DNA from: Octopus sinensis | Lineage: Eukaryota | Reading direction: 5' to 3' | Assembly (NCBI RefSeq): GCF_006345805.1 | Contig: NC_043006.1 | Span: 85,374,001 to 85,438,000, forward strand | DNA length: 64,000 nt | In this document: positions 52,107 through 64,000 of the stretch, in pieces | Numbering within the stretch: the stretch's first letter is position 1 | Layout: every line of letters begins with the position of its first letter | Notes under the pieces: model-generated | Told to the model about the DNA's origin: nothing | The model's input: the letters and a program-made list of their open reading frames with translations, nothing else | Databases searched by the model: none | Translations under genes and position numbers: made by a program

Positions 52107-54590
52107 TTGTTAAATCAGAATATTATTGAACCTTGAGATAGACCAGAGTTGATGGAATATGAATCAGAAGGAATTGGTTCATATTGCAAATGGTGCAGGC
52201 TGACAGGAAGCTACCAATCCAATAAATAAGAGACATCAGAAACAAGCCACAATATGGCTTTTGTCAAAGTTCTCAACGAAGAGAGCCACCAATGACACGA
52301 ACGTTTCCCGTAGATCTGGGCTGTACTGATAATCAGTGAAGAAAGAGTGTCACAGTTTCTAATACTATGTGCCTTGATCTACCTAACTTAGAATTCTCTA
52401 CCACTGGTATTAGATGGTTGTATTCTTATTGAGTGTGACTATCAGCAAGTGTGCCATCATCTTTCCTATTGTGTTTGTATGTATACAATCAAGAGAAGAA
52501 AACAGTCTGAGAAATCCAGTAATGGTCTGCAATGGCAAAAATTATATGTAGTTTATGAATTTTGATCCATCTACATGTATGGCATACCATTTGCAAGCAT
52601 ATACTTGCATTAGCATTCAGAAAATGAGAATAAAAGGTACCTGTTCTTCTGTCACTACTTTGAGTTCTCAGTTTCTGAAAGGAAGTCTCACCTTCATTTA
52701 AAGAAATACAAATATATATATAGTTTCTTTTTGATTTCAATGCCATAAACCCTTTAGCATTCAGATTACTCGGTCAAATGTAATGTTTATTTATTTACAT
52801 TGCTTTGAATTAATTGTGTATTACCTTGTAACTTCAAGCTTTCGATGGTGGAATTCATTTTTAGAATGATATTGTAGGGTAGGTGTAAGAAGCAAGATCT
52901 AGTCAGTTTGAACATAAAAAAGGTAGAATATTTGGGCCAGATATAACTGATTTAACTCTACATCAAAACTACTTATTTGGTAGGATAGAGGATGAAAAAC
53001 ATGAAACATGTTCAAGCAGTAATTTAAAATGTTACAAGAGGAATTTGTTCTCTGTATTTTTTCTATTGTTCTGTAAAGTTCATATACATTATACTTGATA
53101 TTTTTAACAGTCTGTTTGAGTTACAGAATGCTTACTTCCAATTAGCAATTTTTAAAAATATATATTTATAGAGGGACTGTGTCCACAACCATCACAGAGC
53201 TGATGATTCTCTTTGAACAGTTGCAAGTTGATGACTACAAGATAAATGTGCAGGAAGGGAATTATAGTTGCGGATGACAAGTCAATTGGAGATGCTTGAG
53301 TAAAGATAACTTAAAAGCACTCAGCCTCTGGGGAGGAGATGTCACAGTAGTAGCCATAGAATAGCTTGAGAGGAGACGGCATATCTGTGGACAAGAGGTT
53401 GGAGTGTATTGAGATTTTAAACATAGGGAATGACTTACCTATAAGAGATAAGTATCATTGTAGAAAAAGCAACATGAAAGCGAGAAATAGAGTTTTCAAA
53501 GACAAGAACTGGTACCAAATAATGCAAACTGCAGTCTTTTGTCAGCAGCTAAAATCAACCATCCGCCGGATTTCTTTCTGCCAAGGCCAATACCTTGATA
53601 TCCACTGACACTCTGCCTCTAATTCTATTGAACTCAAATCATTCACAACAATGCATCTGTTTATTGCCATCACCACCCTCAAAAGAAATTGTTCTGTTGT
53701 TTCTGAAATCAATTGTTTCCGTAGAGCTGCTTACTTCTCAAGCTTAAGTTACATGCTTCTTCAAAACTTTGACTCAGAATTAGTTTTTACATTTTTAAGC
53801 ACATCTACATGTATTCATTTGACAATACAACTGTCTCACACTTTTTCATCTGACTTCATTAATAGCTTATTGCCAAAATGATGGATTCTTTAATAATTAT
53901 CTAAAATTACCAGATTCTGATTAATTTACCATGTATTAATAGATTACAAAACAACAAATACACTGTTGTTCTACTTGACATGTAGACTGTCTTTAAGCTA
54001 CTTTAAATACATTAAGGAATAAGACACTGCTGATACTCTATAAACCCCAAATACCTACCACATTCAGAGATTGTTTTTGTCTTTCATTAAATTACTTTAC
54101 TAAGGTTCTAGTCCCAATCTGTAAACCCTGTTTTACTATTATGATGAGTTAGATATCTAACCCCTCATTTTTACGTCAGTTTTTTTCTATACTACCATGT
54201 GTTGAACAGATTATCAAAATCTGCACCAATTATTATTTAGAGTTACTGTGTCATATCATCCAGAGATTGCTTGTACATTCAATTTTTGGCCTTGTTTTGG
54301 TGGTTTTCTGTCACTAAGCATTTTATTGAATGTACTCTGTGCATTTTATTGTGCTTCCAGCACTAAAGAGCTCCCTCTGCTTTTTGTCAATTCTTCTTTG
54401 GAGTTACTACCCTCCCTTAATGGATAGCTTGTGGTGTGGCTTATAGACTTTGATTTTGCTTATACATTGCATTTTTGGCATTGTTTCTATGGTGGATGCT
54501 CATTACCAAATACCACAGAATGTACAGGTGCATTTTCCCATGTAAATGAAGGAATCAAACCTTGACACAAGCACATACCCACAGTAGTGT

Positions 54591-54890
54591 GTCATCATCA
54601 TCATTGTTTAACATATGTTTTCCATGCTGGCAGGGTTGGATGGTTTGACTGGGGACTGGAAAGCCAGGCAGCTGCACCAGGTTCCAATCTAATCCAGCTG
54701 TGTTTCTACAGCTGGATGACCTTCGTAATGCAAACCACTCAGAGTGTAGTGGATGCTTTTTATGTGCCACCAGCACGGGAACAAGTCAGGCGGCACTGGC
54801 ATTGGCCATGTTCAGATGGTGATTTTTATATACTTCTGGCACATGAGCCTGTCAGGGCAGGGAGGCTGGCATCGACCATGTTCAGATGTG
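54591..54890 (-). mobile_element. RTE LINE 3'UTR fragment
   Basis: (CAT)n followed by the reverse complement of the 12.7-12.9 kb / 57.35-57.5 kb tail. Confidence 0.85.
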
Positions 54891-55033
54891 TGGTCCACAT
54901 TCTTCATTCATCTAAATTATGTTGCATTATCATTATTAATTTATATTGTTTTATCCACCAAGTGTTCTTTCACATTTAAGCATAAAATGACTAAATTACA
55001 AATTCTGAGTATTTCCAAAGATAGTGGATCTGG

Positions 55034-55811
55034 GATCTTTTCCTTTTGAACGGCAGTTTTCAACACAGTTTCTAGTTAACTAAACACTTCGTATACTGGT
55101 AGAATATGTTTATAAAACATCATTTTTTCTTGGCTTTATTGAGAAAATTCTATAGTTTGTAAGATATTCCACTTTAATTTCGGCAATTTTAACCAATCGC
55201 TGACCTCCATTTGTGGTGAAAACATTCCGTGCTGTATGAATATGTCCCTCGTTTAAAAAACAGATTGGGTTTATTTACATTTGCGAAGAAAAAAAGATAC
55301 CCTTCCCCCACTCCTAACCATAACCCTAACCCTAAAATAGATTGAAATGCAATAGATCGATACTAGGGTTATAATTATGGGTGACAATTTCATTTGACAC
55401 CGCTAGAAAAAAATCCCATTTTCCATAGTGGTGTCGTATGAAATTGTCACCCATAATTATAACCCTAGTATCGATCTATTGCATTTCAATCTATTTTAGT
55501 GTTGGGGTAGGGGTGGGGGGAAGGGTATCTTTTTTTTTCTTCGCAAATGTAAATAAACCCAATCTGTTTCTTAAACGAGGGACATATTCATACAGCACGG
55601 AATGTTTTCACCCCAAATGGAGGTCAGCGGTTAGTTAAAATTGTCAAAATGCTTGAAATTAAAGTGGAAATATCTTACAAACTATAGAATTTTCTCAATA
55701 AAGCCAAGAAAAAATGATGTTTTGTAAACACATTCTACCAGTATATGAAGTTTAAAAGTGTTTAGTTAACTAGAAATTGTGTTGAAAACTGCCGTTCAAA
55801 AGAAAAAGATC
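55034..55811. mobile_element. Palindromic foldback/MITE element, ~370-bp arms, ~20-bp spacer
   Basis: GATCTTTTCCTTTTGAACGGCAGTTTTCAACACA ... TGTGTTGAAAACTGCCGTTCAAAAGAAAAAGATC; the arms are complementary along their whole length; CCTAACCATAACCCTAACCCTAA at ~55313-55335. Confidence 0.93.
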
Positions 55812-56743
55812 AAAATTCAGAGCTCAAACTATTATTTGTTAAAAGCCTGTTATCACCAAAATTAACTTGGCTTTTTGTCCTTGACTCACTGGTTGTTAGG
55901 CATAAGTATACATTTACTCACAACCTTAAATTATTCAAAGAATTGTTGCTGAGTACAAAACTTAGAATAAAATACTGTTCTATGCAAAGACAAATGCAGC
56001 TTTCATCCTGTTGGCTCTACAAGCAAAGAAGTGAGCTTGTATTTTGTGCAATATATATTTAGACTGTTGAAACTCAATGAATATAGTATCTATACAATAA
56101 TGGAGAAAGCTACTTATTAATTAGGTATGTAACAATTACTAAAAGTACTAAAAGAAAGCAATATTAAAAGCTTGACCATCTGGAAATATTTTTATAAATT
56201 CATGTTCTAAGAAATTGCCTATAATTTCGATTTCTGAAGTTTATTGAATTTTCTTAACTCCAAATTCTCGCAAATTTAAATATTCATTGCATTCACTGTG
56301 TTCAATTCTTCATGAATTTAAATATTCATGGCATTCATTGCGGAGTAGATTTAAACGTTTAATAATAAACAGTATTAATTCGTTGCAGGCAACATTTTAT
56401 GTTTTTGTTTGCAACAGCCTCTCATTCTCGCTCACCTCTATTTTCATTAACGATAATTTATTAATAGCTATATAACTTTGATACTAGACACAATTTCAAG
56501 AATATTATTAGTTTCTGGAGTTTGTTAAATGAATATTTTTGATAAGATAAAAACATTTTTATATGCCGGTATAATTTTTGAAGTGATTTTGTATTGAATA
56601 AATGCATGCTATTACACAAACTAGCTGCATAACTTTGATATGAGGCACAATTTCAAGAATATTATCAGTTTCTGGAGTTTGTTAAAGGAATATTTTCGAT
56701 AACATGAAAATTCTTTAATATACTGGTATTTTTTTTTTTTTAT

Positions 56744-57527
56744 GAGAAAAGTTGGACCTAAGAAGCATCAGATGTGGTGTGCAAGAGAGATGACCACTGG
56801 TATGGTCATGTGGCGAGAATGGATGAGGATAGCTGTGTGAAAAAGTGCCACACTTTAGCAGTTGAGGGAACCTGTGGAAGAGGTAGACGCAGAAAAACTT
56901 GGGATGAGGTGGTGAAGCACGACCTTCAAACATTAGGCCACACCGAAGCAATAACTAGTGACCGAGACCTTTGGAAATATGCAGTGCGTGAGAAGACCCG
57001 GCAAGCCAAGTGAGGCCATAACTTGTGGCCTATGCCAGGGGTGTAACCAACCCACTTATGTGTACCTTTCCTTCTATGGACACTAAACTCTGCTTGCGAA
57101 GACCTGTTGAGGCAAGTGAAATCGAAATCGAATCAAATTCGAAGACTGGTACCCATGCCAGTGGAGTGCTGAGAGCACCATCCAAGCGTGATCGTTGCCA
57201 GAGCAGCTGACATGCTGGTGGCATGTGAAAAAACATTTGAGCGAGGTCATTGCCAGTGCCACTGGACTGGCTTCTGTGCAGGTAGCACGTAAAAAACACC
57301 ATTTGAGCGTGGCTGTTGCCAGTACCACCTGACTGGCCCTCGTGCCGGTGGCACGTAAAAGCACCCACTACACTCTCAGTGGTTGGCGTTAGGAAGGGCA
57401 TCCAGCTATAGAAACTCTGCCAGATCAGATTGGAGTCTGGTGCTGCCATCTAGTTTGCCAGTCCTCAGTCAAATCATCCGACCCATGCTAGCATGCAAAG
57501 CGGATGTTAAATGATGATGATGATGAT
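56744..57527 (+). mobile_element. RTE LINE 3' fragment nested in the Helitron
   Basis: EKLDLRSIRCGVQE../WYGHVARMDEDSCVKKCHTLAVEGTCGRGRRRKTWDEVVKHDLQTLG...AVREKTRQAK*, then 3'UTR and (GAT)n tail. Confidence 0.93.
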
Positions 57528-57639
57528 TTTGTTGGTATGGCTACTTGGAATGCTATAAGCTTTACAATAATAACTATGTAATCACTGCTATTTTTAGCAC
57601 ACTAAACAAGATAGTTTTTAACGAGCTTTCATTTATATA

Positions 57640-58950
57640 TATTATGCAACTGAAAAAGAAAATTTAACAGTAAAAGCACAACATTAGAGAGAAAGACAGG
57701 CATCTGAATGAGATGAAACCAGGGCAAAGCGACTGAAACAGGTGTCTGAATATGCACGGAGACGTAGACAGGATTCTGTTTCTGCTACACATGACTGACT
57801 GGTTAGGGTATCTCAAGAGGAGAATATTCTACTTCAAAATAATGGTGTCAGATCACAAATTGTTGATTCAACACTAAAGAGATCTTTTCTTTGCGATCAT
57901 GTGGAAGTAGTGGAGTTGACAACAAATCTAAGACTTACAGACGGTCATTCTGATGAAAGAGAGTTTGCTAATTATCTTCTTGATGTAGGAAGTGGTAACA
58001 TCTCTTATTTCTTTATTGTCCACAAGGGGCCAAATATAGAGGGGACAAACAAGGACAGACAAAGGGATTAAGTAGATTACATCAACCCCAGTGCATAACT
58101 GGTACTTAGTTTATCGACTCCAAAAGGATGAAAGGCAAAGTCAACCTTGGCGGAATTTGAACTCAGAATGTAACAGCAGACGAAATATGGCTTCGCATTT
58201 CGCCTGGCATGCTAAAGTTTCTGCCAGTTCGCTATTGAACGAAGCCTAGGTGAATTCAAAATCAAACTACCCAATGACCTTTGCTTTGAAAGTGGTACTC
58301 TTTCAGATCTATGTAATTTTGTTTGTGCTGACCTCAAAAATAACTTCACAAACCCCTTGTGGCTTGTAAATAGAACCATTGTTACTCCAACAAAGGAAGC
58401 AGCACAATTTGTGAATGATTTAATGTTGACCAGGATCCCTGGTGAGCTAAAATATACAGAAGCTCAGATACAGTTGATAATGAAAAGCTGTACCTAATCG
58501 AGTTCATCAACAAAATTACACTATTCTCAAAATGAAGAAAAAAATTATGCATAATGCTTCTGAGAAATTTAAATGCTCCTAACGAACATTGCAATGGCAC
58601 ATGCTACATCATTATCAGTTTACATGATGAGGTTGTTTTTGGTCCTTACACAGGATCAACTCTGCTAATCCCAAGAATACCACGTATCTCAAGAAATGGA
58701 ATTTCCATTCACATTTACATGCAAACTATTTCCTGTCAAGCCAGCTTTTGCCTTGACTTGCAACAAGGCACAGGGACAGACTTTTGAACAAATTGGAATA
58801 TATCTTCCGACACAATTCTTCCCACATGGTCAGCTGTATGTTGCATTATCTAGAGTTTGAAAGAAGGCTAATGTAAAAACATTGACTGAGAGAAATGGAA
58901 ACAGTATGATTAATTACTGACAATTGTGTCTACAAAGAGATACTACTTTA
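57640..58950 (+). pseudogene. Helitron RepHel remnant (N-terminal charged region joined to C-terminal PIF1 helicase)
   Basis: GVRSQIVDSTLKRSFL..VVELTTNLRL...EFANYLLDVGSG; WLVNRTIVTPTKEAAQFVND; MLLRNLNAPNEHCNGT; LLIPRI; FPVKPAFALTCNKAQGQTFEQIGIYLPTQFFPHGQLYVALSRV; NCVYKEILL*. Interrupted by frameshifts, stops and a SINE. Confidence 0.92.
58003..58232 (-). mobile_element. SINE family B (long-tail subtype) inserted in the Helitron helicase ORF
   Basis: Same subtype as 7668-7870 (CACAAGGGGC.AAA.A.AGAG.GGACAAACAAGGACAGACAAA); the helicase reading resumes after it. Confidence 0.9.
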
Positions 58951-61598
58951 AAGCAAAACATGCTTTTTAGCAAGTTTCAGTAAATAGAATCAACACATAA
59001 ATTATATGGAAAGTAACATATGTTTGTGGAATTAATTGTTTTGACATATTTCAACACATGCCGAATGAATGATATCATTATATTAGATCATTTTAAATTT
59101 GGGTTTATTTGAAAAAGTAAGGAAACACCATTCCCATGTGTTCTCACAGCACCAGACTTTGTGTGTGTAACCCTCCATCCATCCATCTATGCACACCTAT
59201 GTAAGTTCTACCAATTATTAATGATAAATATATATAACAGATTGACTCTTCAAAAAAGAGAGATTATGACTGATAAAATAATGAAAGTGATATTTACTAA
59301 GCAAGTGAGCACTATTATACAAAGAAATAATTAGACGTAAAATATAAAAATTATTAGAACTGGGAATCAAATGTGGAAATATGAAGTGGCTTGCAGAAAA
59401 CCGCCCCGAGGGTGGTCTTTCTGCTAGTTACATATAATGATGGTAATATAGTTTCAGTAGGTATGTTCTGATAGGCTGAAATCAACCCTCATATTAGATT
59501 GTTAAACACGAACAAACATTCTGTTGTGGCTGAAAGGGCAAAAATCTTTGGAATAAGTAAGTTTATACAGAAATTGAGATTTTAGTGAAGTGCTATAGCT
59601 GGTTAATGAAAAAGTTCTGGTATTGTTATATAAACTTGATCTGGGCATTTACCATGATGCTTTCAACAACAGTCATTCCCAAATTCCTAGTATTGTGTTT
59701 CCATCACATGAATATCTTGATGGAATTTTTCTCAAAAGAAATTTAGGGAAGAATGTAGGAAGTGTATTGTTAATGACATCTAATCTGCCTTAGGAGGTTC
59801 TCAACTCTACCTCAGACAATATTCCCCAGAAAGTTTAATGCATAAGCATTGAGAAGCCTGTCAAAGCTTTTAATTCCAGTGTATAGATTAAGGGTTTGTT
59901 CAAATTCAGTAACTTTTAAAACTTCATTGATATGCACATTCCTTTGAAATTCCCTTAAAAAGTTTGTGATATGTAGAAGAAATATATTCTTGGGATCAAC
60001 TAAAGAAATAAATTAGATTGTTTTCATTCCTTAGTGGCCAGTCACATTGAATATAGAGAGCCATAGTTATAAACAGTGATAATGGTAAATCTTGCATGCA
60101 TACCAGTATATATCTTTGACATTGCCAAAGATTTCAACCCATGCCAGTATGGAAAACGCGTTAAATAATGATGATTCCATTATTCAATCCATTGTATATG
60201 GTACCAAGTAGTAGGTCATGTCTCTTTTTAGATGTATTCATTGGACAACAGAGATCTGTTGCTTTACTTTGCTATTACACAAAAGACCTGTTTTCAGACC
60301 TCTTTGCGATGAATCAGTGAGGCTGTACCAGTCAGATACTACAGGAATTTGAGACAAGTTGTATGAAAGAGTTCTTTGTCATTGCAGCAGCAGAATGGAC
60401 CATCTGCTGTAAAGATTGTTGTGAAATTAATATTTCTCTAGCTGAGGGTAGTAACTAACTTGCACTTTTTGGTCAAGGAATTTACCTTGAAATATGAAAC
60501 TTTACCTTCCCTTTAAGGCTTTTAAGTATTCAAATACTTTTAAGTAAATAACTTTGATTCCAACTTCTCTACAGGTTCTGTAGACATTACAGCACCCCCA
60601 ACAATTACACTTTCATTAACTATGGAAGCGAGTTCACCATTTGAGAGAACTGGAATTAACATTGTTTTATGATGTTGGACTGGTTGGTGTGCTGGAGGTA
60701 TTGAATGCAGGATTGGGCAATAGACAGTGTTGCGTTTGTTGTTTATATAAAAATTAATTATCTTAACATTACAAAACTAACAGTATGTGGTGATGATAAT
60801 GATGATCTCTGTTCTCTCCGTATCATTGATGTTGTTCAACCAATAATGTAATGTGAATCAACAAACAACTGATTCGATGTAGTACCTGCTGCTTGTGTTT
60901 GTGGGTGTAATTAAGACAAATGTAACTTAACATAAGTCAAGAATAATAATATACTGTGTTTATATGTATGAAAAATAAAAATATATAGATAAGTTTTCAA
61001 AGAATAAATGCTTTCGGATCATAGTTCAACTGAAATTATATTGTCTTAAGGTAAAATTGACATGTACAAGAAAAGTGAAGAGAATGGAAGGGAACAAGGA
61101 AAGAATAAGAAGTTACATGTTACTTCATGTGTTATGTATAGAAAAAAGGTTTTAGTATATACATTTTTCGGTTTTGTGGCTAAAATTTTTTTTTTTGTAG
61201 TATAGGAAAATGTCATATTTAACTGATCTGGATCTGGTTTCACTGATTTCAGCTTCACGTAGTTTTATGTAATTTTCCCATATTAAAAGCCATGTGCAGT
61301 TTAATGATTAAACTGGCATGTTGCTTATGTGTGTGTGTTATATACAAAATATATGGTAACTATATAACAACCAAAGTATAATATATCTGGTCTATTTCCA
61401 TATGATAGCTGATCATTGGGTCTTTGCTGTAAAAACATCACAAACATAGAAAATAGTCTTCATGGATTTTACATTGATGGTCATGCTGATTAAATAGCAA
61501 ATGTTCTGAAAAACAAAATATTTAAAATATAATTATATACATAGGTGGTGCCCCAGCATGGCCGCGGCCTTCGGGCTAAAACATTTTTAAGGATTTAT

Positions 61599-61945
61599 AG
61601 GTGCAGGAGTGGCTGTGTGGTAAGAGCTTGCTTACCAACCACATTTCTGGGTTCAGTCCTACTGCATGGCACCTTGGGTAAGTGTCTTCGTCTATAGCCC
61701 TGGACCGACCAAAGCCTTGTGATTGGATTTGCTAGATGGAAACTGAAAGAAGCCCGTTATATGTTTGTGTCTGTGTTTGTCCCCCCACCATCACTTGACA
61801 ACTGATGTTGGTGTGTCTACGTCCTCATAACTTAGTGGTTTGGCAAAAGACCGATAGACTAAGTACTAGGCTTACAAAGAATAAGTTCTGGTGTTGATTT
61901 GTTTGACTAAAGGCAGTGCTCCAGCAAATGACTGAAACAAATAAG
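61599..61945 (+). mobile_element. SINE family A, full-length
   Basis: AGGTGCAGGAGTGGCTGTGTGGTAAG (box A), GGGTTCAGTCC (box B), CORE-like CACCTTGGGTAAGTGTCTT. Confidence 0.92.
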
Positions 61946-63044
61946 GATATATATAAAAAAGAAAAGATAATTTATCTCATCTCAGAAACTATACTACTGA
62001 AAAATTGCATAAAAAATATTTGTTGGTATACCTAAAATTCTTTATTGGGCAATATAACTAGAACAGGGTTTTTAAAAAAAATAATTTATTTAAATGGAAT
62101 GTGCTAAATTTAGTATTTCTGTTTTTCATACTTATCAGGTTCATGTGGGGGTTCTTGTGTGTCTGTGTGCATTAAGCATCTGACATATTCACAATATCTG
62201 TAGGTTCTTTCATGACATGAATTTCAACTTCAATTTAGTGTATTTACTTAACAATTTACTCACTAACACTTGAATAAGCTATGAAAAGGCTGATGAGTTT
62301 TAACAAGGTAAAACATGTCAAGAGTTTGCAATCCTTGATGAAACAATAATATCCAACAACTAATCTTTTTTTCTTTTTTTTTGTACACATGATGATGATA
62401 ATCTGAATACAATAGATTTTTATTATTTTAACCATTAAACATGCTGTCACCTACATATTTCTGGAATGAGTTATTATTTATGTTATATGCTTTCTCTAAT
62501 TCTGTATGTTTGTTTTTTTTTTCCCCATCAACAGTGAAACACGGGTTTGTATTGCAGATGTAATTATGTTACAATAATGTAATAATATTTGTCATTTTGC
62601 ATAAGCTGATTATTTCTAGTGTTAAGACAGCGATAAGTGCATTTACTTTTTCATGAATTTTTTCTCCTCTTACTGGACATAATAGTGCCAAGGCTGTCTC
62701 CTTAAGTAGATATAAGGCAGAAAATTAATTATGTCAGCAAGGAAAACAGCTATAGATTTGTCATAATATCCTGTCTTAAAATGCAGTTTACACTTTGATA
62801 AGATATACTCCCTTTTTGTCCTTTTGTTTCTTCTGCATCCTGGTTCCATAAGCAGATAAGTAACATTCTCTGAGGATTCTAAAATCAATTATGAATACAC
62901 TCCTATAGCTTAGCTTAAACCCTTCACTCTTGGTGGGAACAAAGGCCATTGATGACTTTTCTCCATTGTCTCCAACTCTGGGCTGTCTTTCCCTTTCCCA
63001 GATCTTGTTGGTTTCAAATTATCGTCAATGCTTCAGTACCTGAC

Positions 63045-63190
63045 AAGCTTCTTTCAGTTTCCATCTACTTGCAAGGCTTTGGTTCACCCAAAGCTACTGT
63101 GTAAGACACTTGCCAACAGTGCCATGCAGTGGGACTGAACCCAAGATCACATGGTTGGGAGGGTAGTTTCTCAGCATTCAGCCATGTATG
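63045..63190 (-). mobile_element. SINE family A 5' half, ~100 bp upstream of the RBM12 acceptor
   Basis: CTTCTTTCAGTTTCCATCTAC...GCCATGCAGTGGGACTGAACCCAAG..CACATGGTTGGGAG. Confidence 0.8.
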
Positions 63191-63262
63191 TTTGATGAAT
63201 TGATTGATTAGAAAATAAAACAATGTTCTTTGTAAAATTAATTTTTTACAAATAAATAACAG

Positions 63263-63288
63263 TTTTTTCTTTTTTTTTTCTTTTTCAG
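63263..63288 (+). other. Strong 3' splice acceptor directly upstream of the RBM12 start codon
   Basis: ~23-nt pure pyrimidine tract, then CAG|AAAATG; the exon would begin at 63289, 3 nt before the ATG. Confidence 0.88.
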
Positions 63289-63291
63289 AAA

Positions 63292-64000
63292 ATGTCTGTA
63301 ATCATTCGATTGCAAGGCCTTCCATGGTCTGCTAGTGCCATGGACATTCGGCAGTATTTCCAAGGATTAAGTATCCCTGATGGAGGTGTACATATTGTCG
63401 GTGGAGAAAGAGGTGACGCTTTTATTGCATTTGGGTCTGATGAAGATGCGCGGCAAGCTATGTTACGCACAAACGGTCAAATCAATGGAAACACTGTACA
63501 GCTATTGCTCAGTAGCAAAACCGAAATGCAGAGTGTGATTGCTTTAGCCAGAGAAGCTGTGCCTACCCAAGCTTTCAGCAAACCTGCTCCTGCTGCACCC
63601 CCATCAACAGGACCACCAACTGGTCCTCCTCCTGGACCCTTAAATGATCATATACGTTCATTAGGACCACAAAATCATACAAATTTTATTCCAGATAGAA
63701 GTGTTCCTCCACCAAGAAACATGGATTATCCCAATAGGAATTTTCCTTCAGTCCCTACAGATATTCGAAGTAATATACCACCACCAACAACAAACACTGT
63801 CCCTGGATTACCACCAATGCCTGGACTGCCTCCTGATCCTAAATTTGGACCAAATCTGATGAATCCAAATAATCGAGATCCATACTTTGTATCACAAGAG
63901 CCAGATAATAACATTAACAGGCCGCCAATGGATTTCCGCCCCCCAGAAGCACCAAATGATTTTGCTGTTAATCGTCGGCCCAATTTTCCACCAAACCAAG
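63292..64000 (+). CDS. RBM12: RNA-binding protein 12-like (RBM12/RBM12B family): N-terminal RRM plus proline-rich region; runs off the window end
   Basis: Uninterrupted ORF from ATG 63292: MSVIIRLQGLPWSASAMDIRQYFQGLSIPDGGVHIVGGERGDAFIAFGSDEDARQAMLRTNGQINGNTVQLLLSSKTEMQSVIALAR, then Pro-rich sequence. This closely matches the vertebrate RBM12 N-terminus (MAVVIRLQGLP...MDIRHFFSGLTIPDGGVHIVGGELGEAF...LLLSSKTEMQ). It is absent from the ORF track because there is no stop codon inside the window. Confidence 0.95.
   Translation, partial: MSVIIRLQGLPWSASAMDIRQYFQGLSIPDGGVHIVGGERGDAFIAFGSDEDARQAMLRTNGQINGNTVQLLLSSKTEMQSVIALAREAVPTQAFSKPAPAAPPSTGPPTGPPPGPLNDHIRSLGPQNHTNFIPDRSVPPPRNMDYPNRNFPSVPTDIRSNIPPPTTNTVPGLPPMPGLPPDPKFGPNLMNPNNRDPYFVSQEPDNNINRPPMDFRPPEAPNDFAVNRRPNFPPNQ

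Larger units (their letters stand above)
56089..59427 (+). mobile_element. Internally deleted Helitron with both termini
   Basis: 3' end: hairpin ACCGCCC-CGA-GGGTGGT followed by CTAG|T (59424-59428). Candidate 5' end A|TCTATACAATAA (56089). Internal PIF1 helicase remnant; two ~157-bp-period subterminal repeats (56465, 56622). The 5' boundary is less certain. Confidence 0.85.

Noticed and set aside
55313-55335. CCCTAA repeats as an interstitial telomere
   Set aside because: Only ~3 units, and they are an integral part of the palindromic element.
57150-57370. Repeated TGCCGGTGGCACGTAAAA units resembling an array
   Set aside because: Degenerate sub-repeats of the RTE 3'UTR in eukaryotic DNA; not CRISPR (no constant repeat with unique spacers, no cas genes).
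59560-60720. Possible decayed minus-strand LINE (KAFDR-like motif near 59860)
   Set aside because: A single short motif only; too degraded to call.
61599-61670. tRNA-like sequences with A/B boxes
   Set aside because: These are SINE heads that continue into SINE bodies; not genuine tRNA genes.
63285-63983. Minus-strand ORFs 63285-63470 and 63726-63983
   Set aside because: Antisense shadows of the RBM12 coding frame.

Overview
This is AT-rich eukaryotic genomic DNA, very likely from an octopod cephalopod (Octopus-type tRNA-derived SINEs, RTE LINE 3' ends with (GAT)n tails, abundant (TA)n/(CA)n). The taxonomic call is inferred from repeat families only. The only clear protein-coding sequence is the start of an RBM12/RBM12B-like RNA-binding protein (63292 to window end), directly preceded by a splice acceptor. 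The first ~10.8 kb retains CpG and holds candidate promoter/first-exon signals. The remaining ~53 kb is visibly CpG-depleted and reads as long 5'-UTR introns. These are filled with SINEs, RTE and L1-like LINE remnants, two Tc1/mariner transposase remnants, piggyBac-type MITEs and an internally deleted Helitron with both termini recognisable. An unusual number of long inverted repeats and hairpins would form dsRNA in the pre-mRNA. All calls were made by eye; repeat boundaries are approximate and no database search was run.
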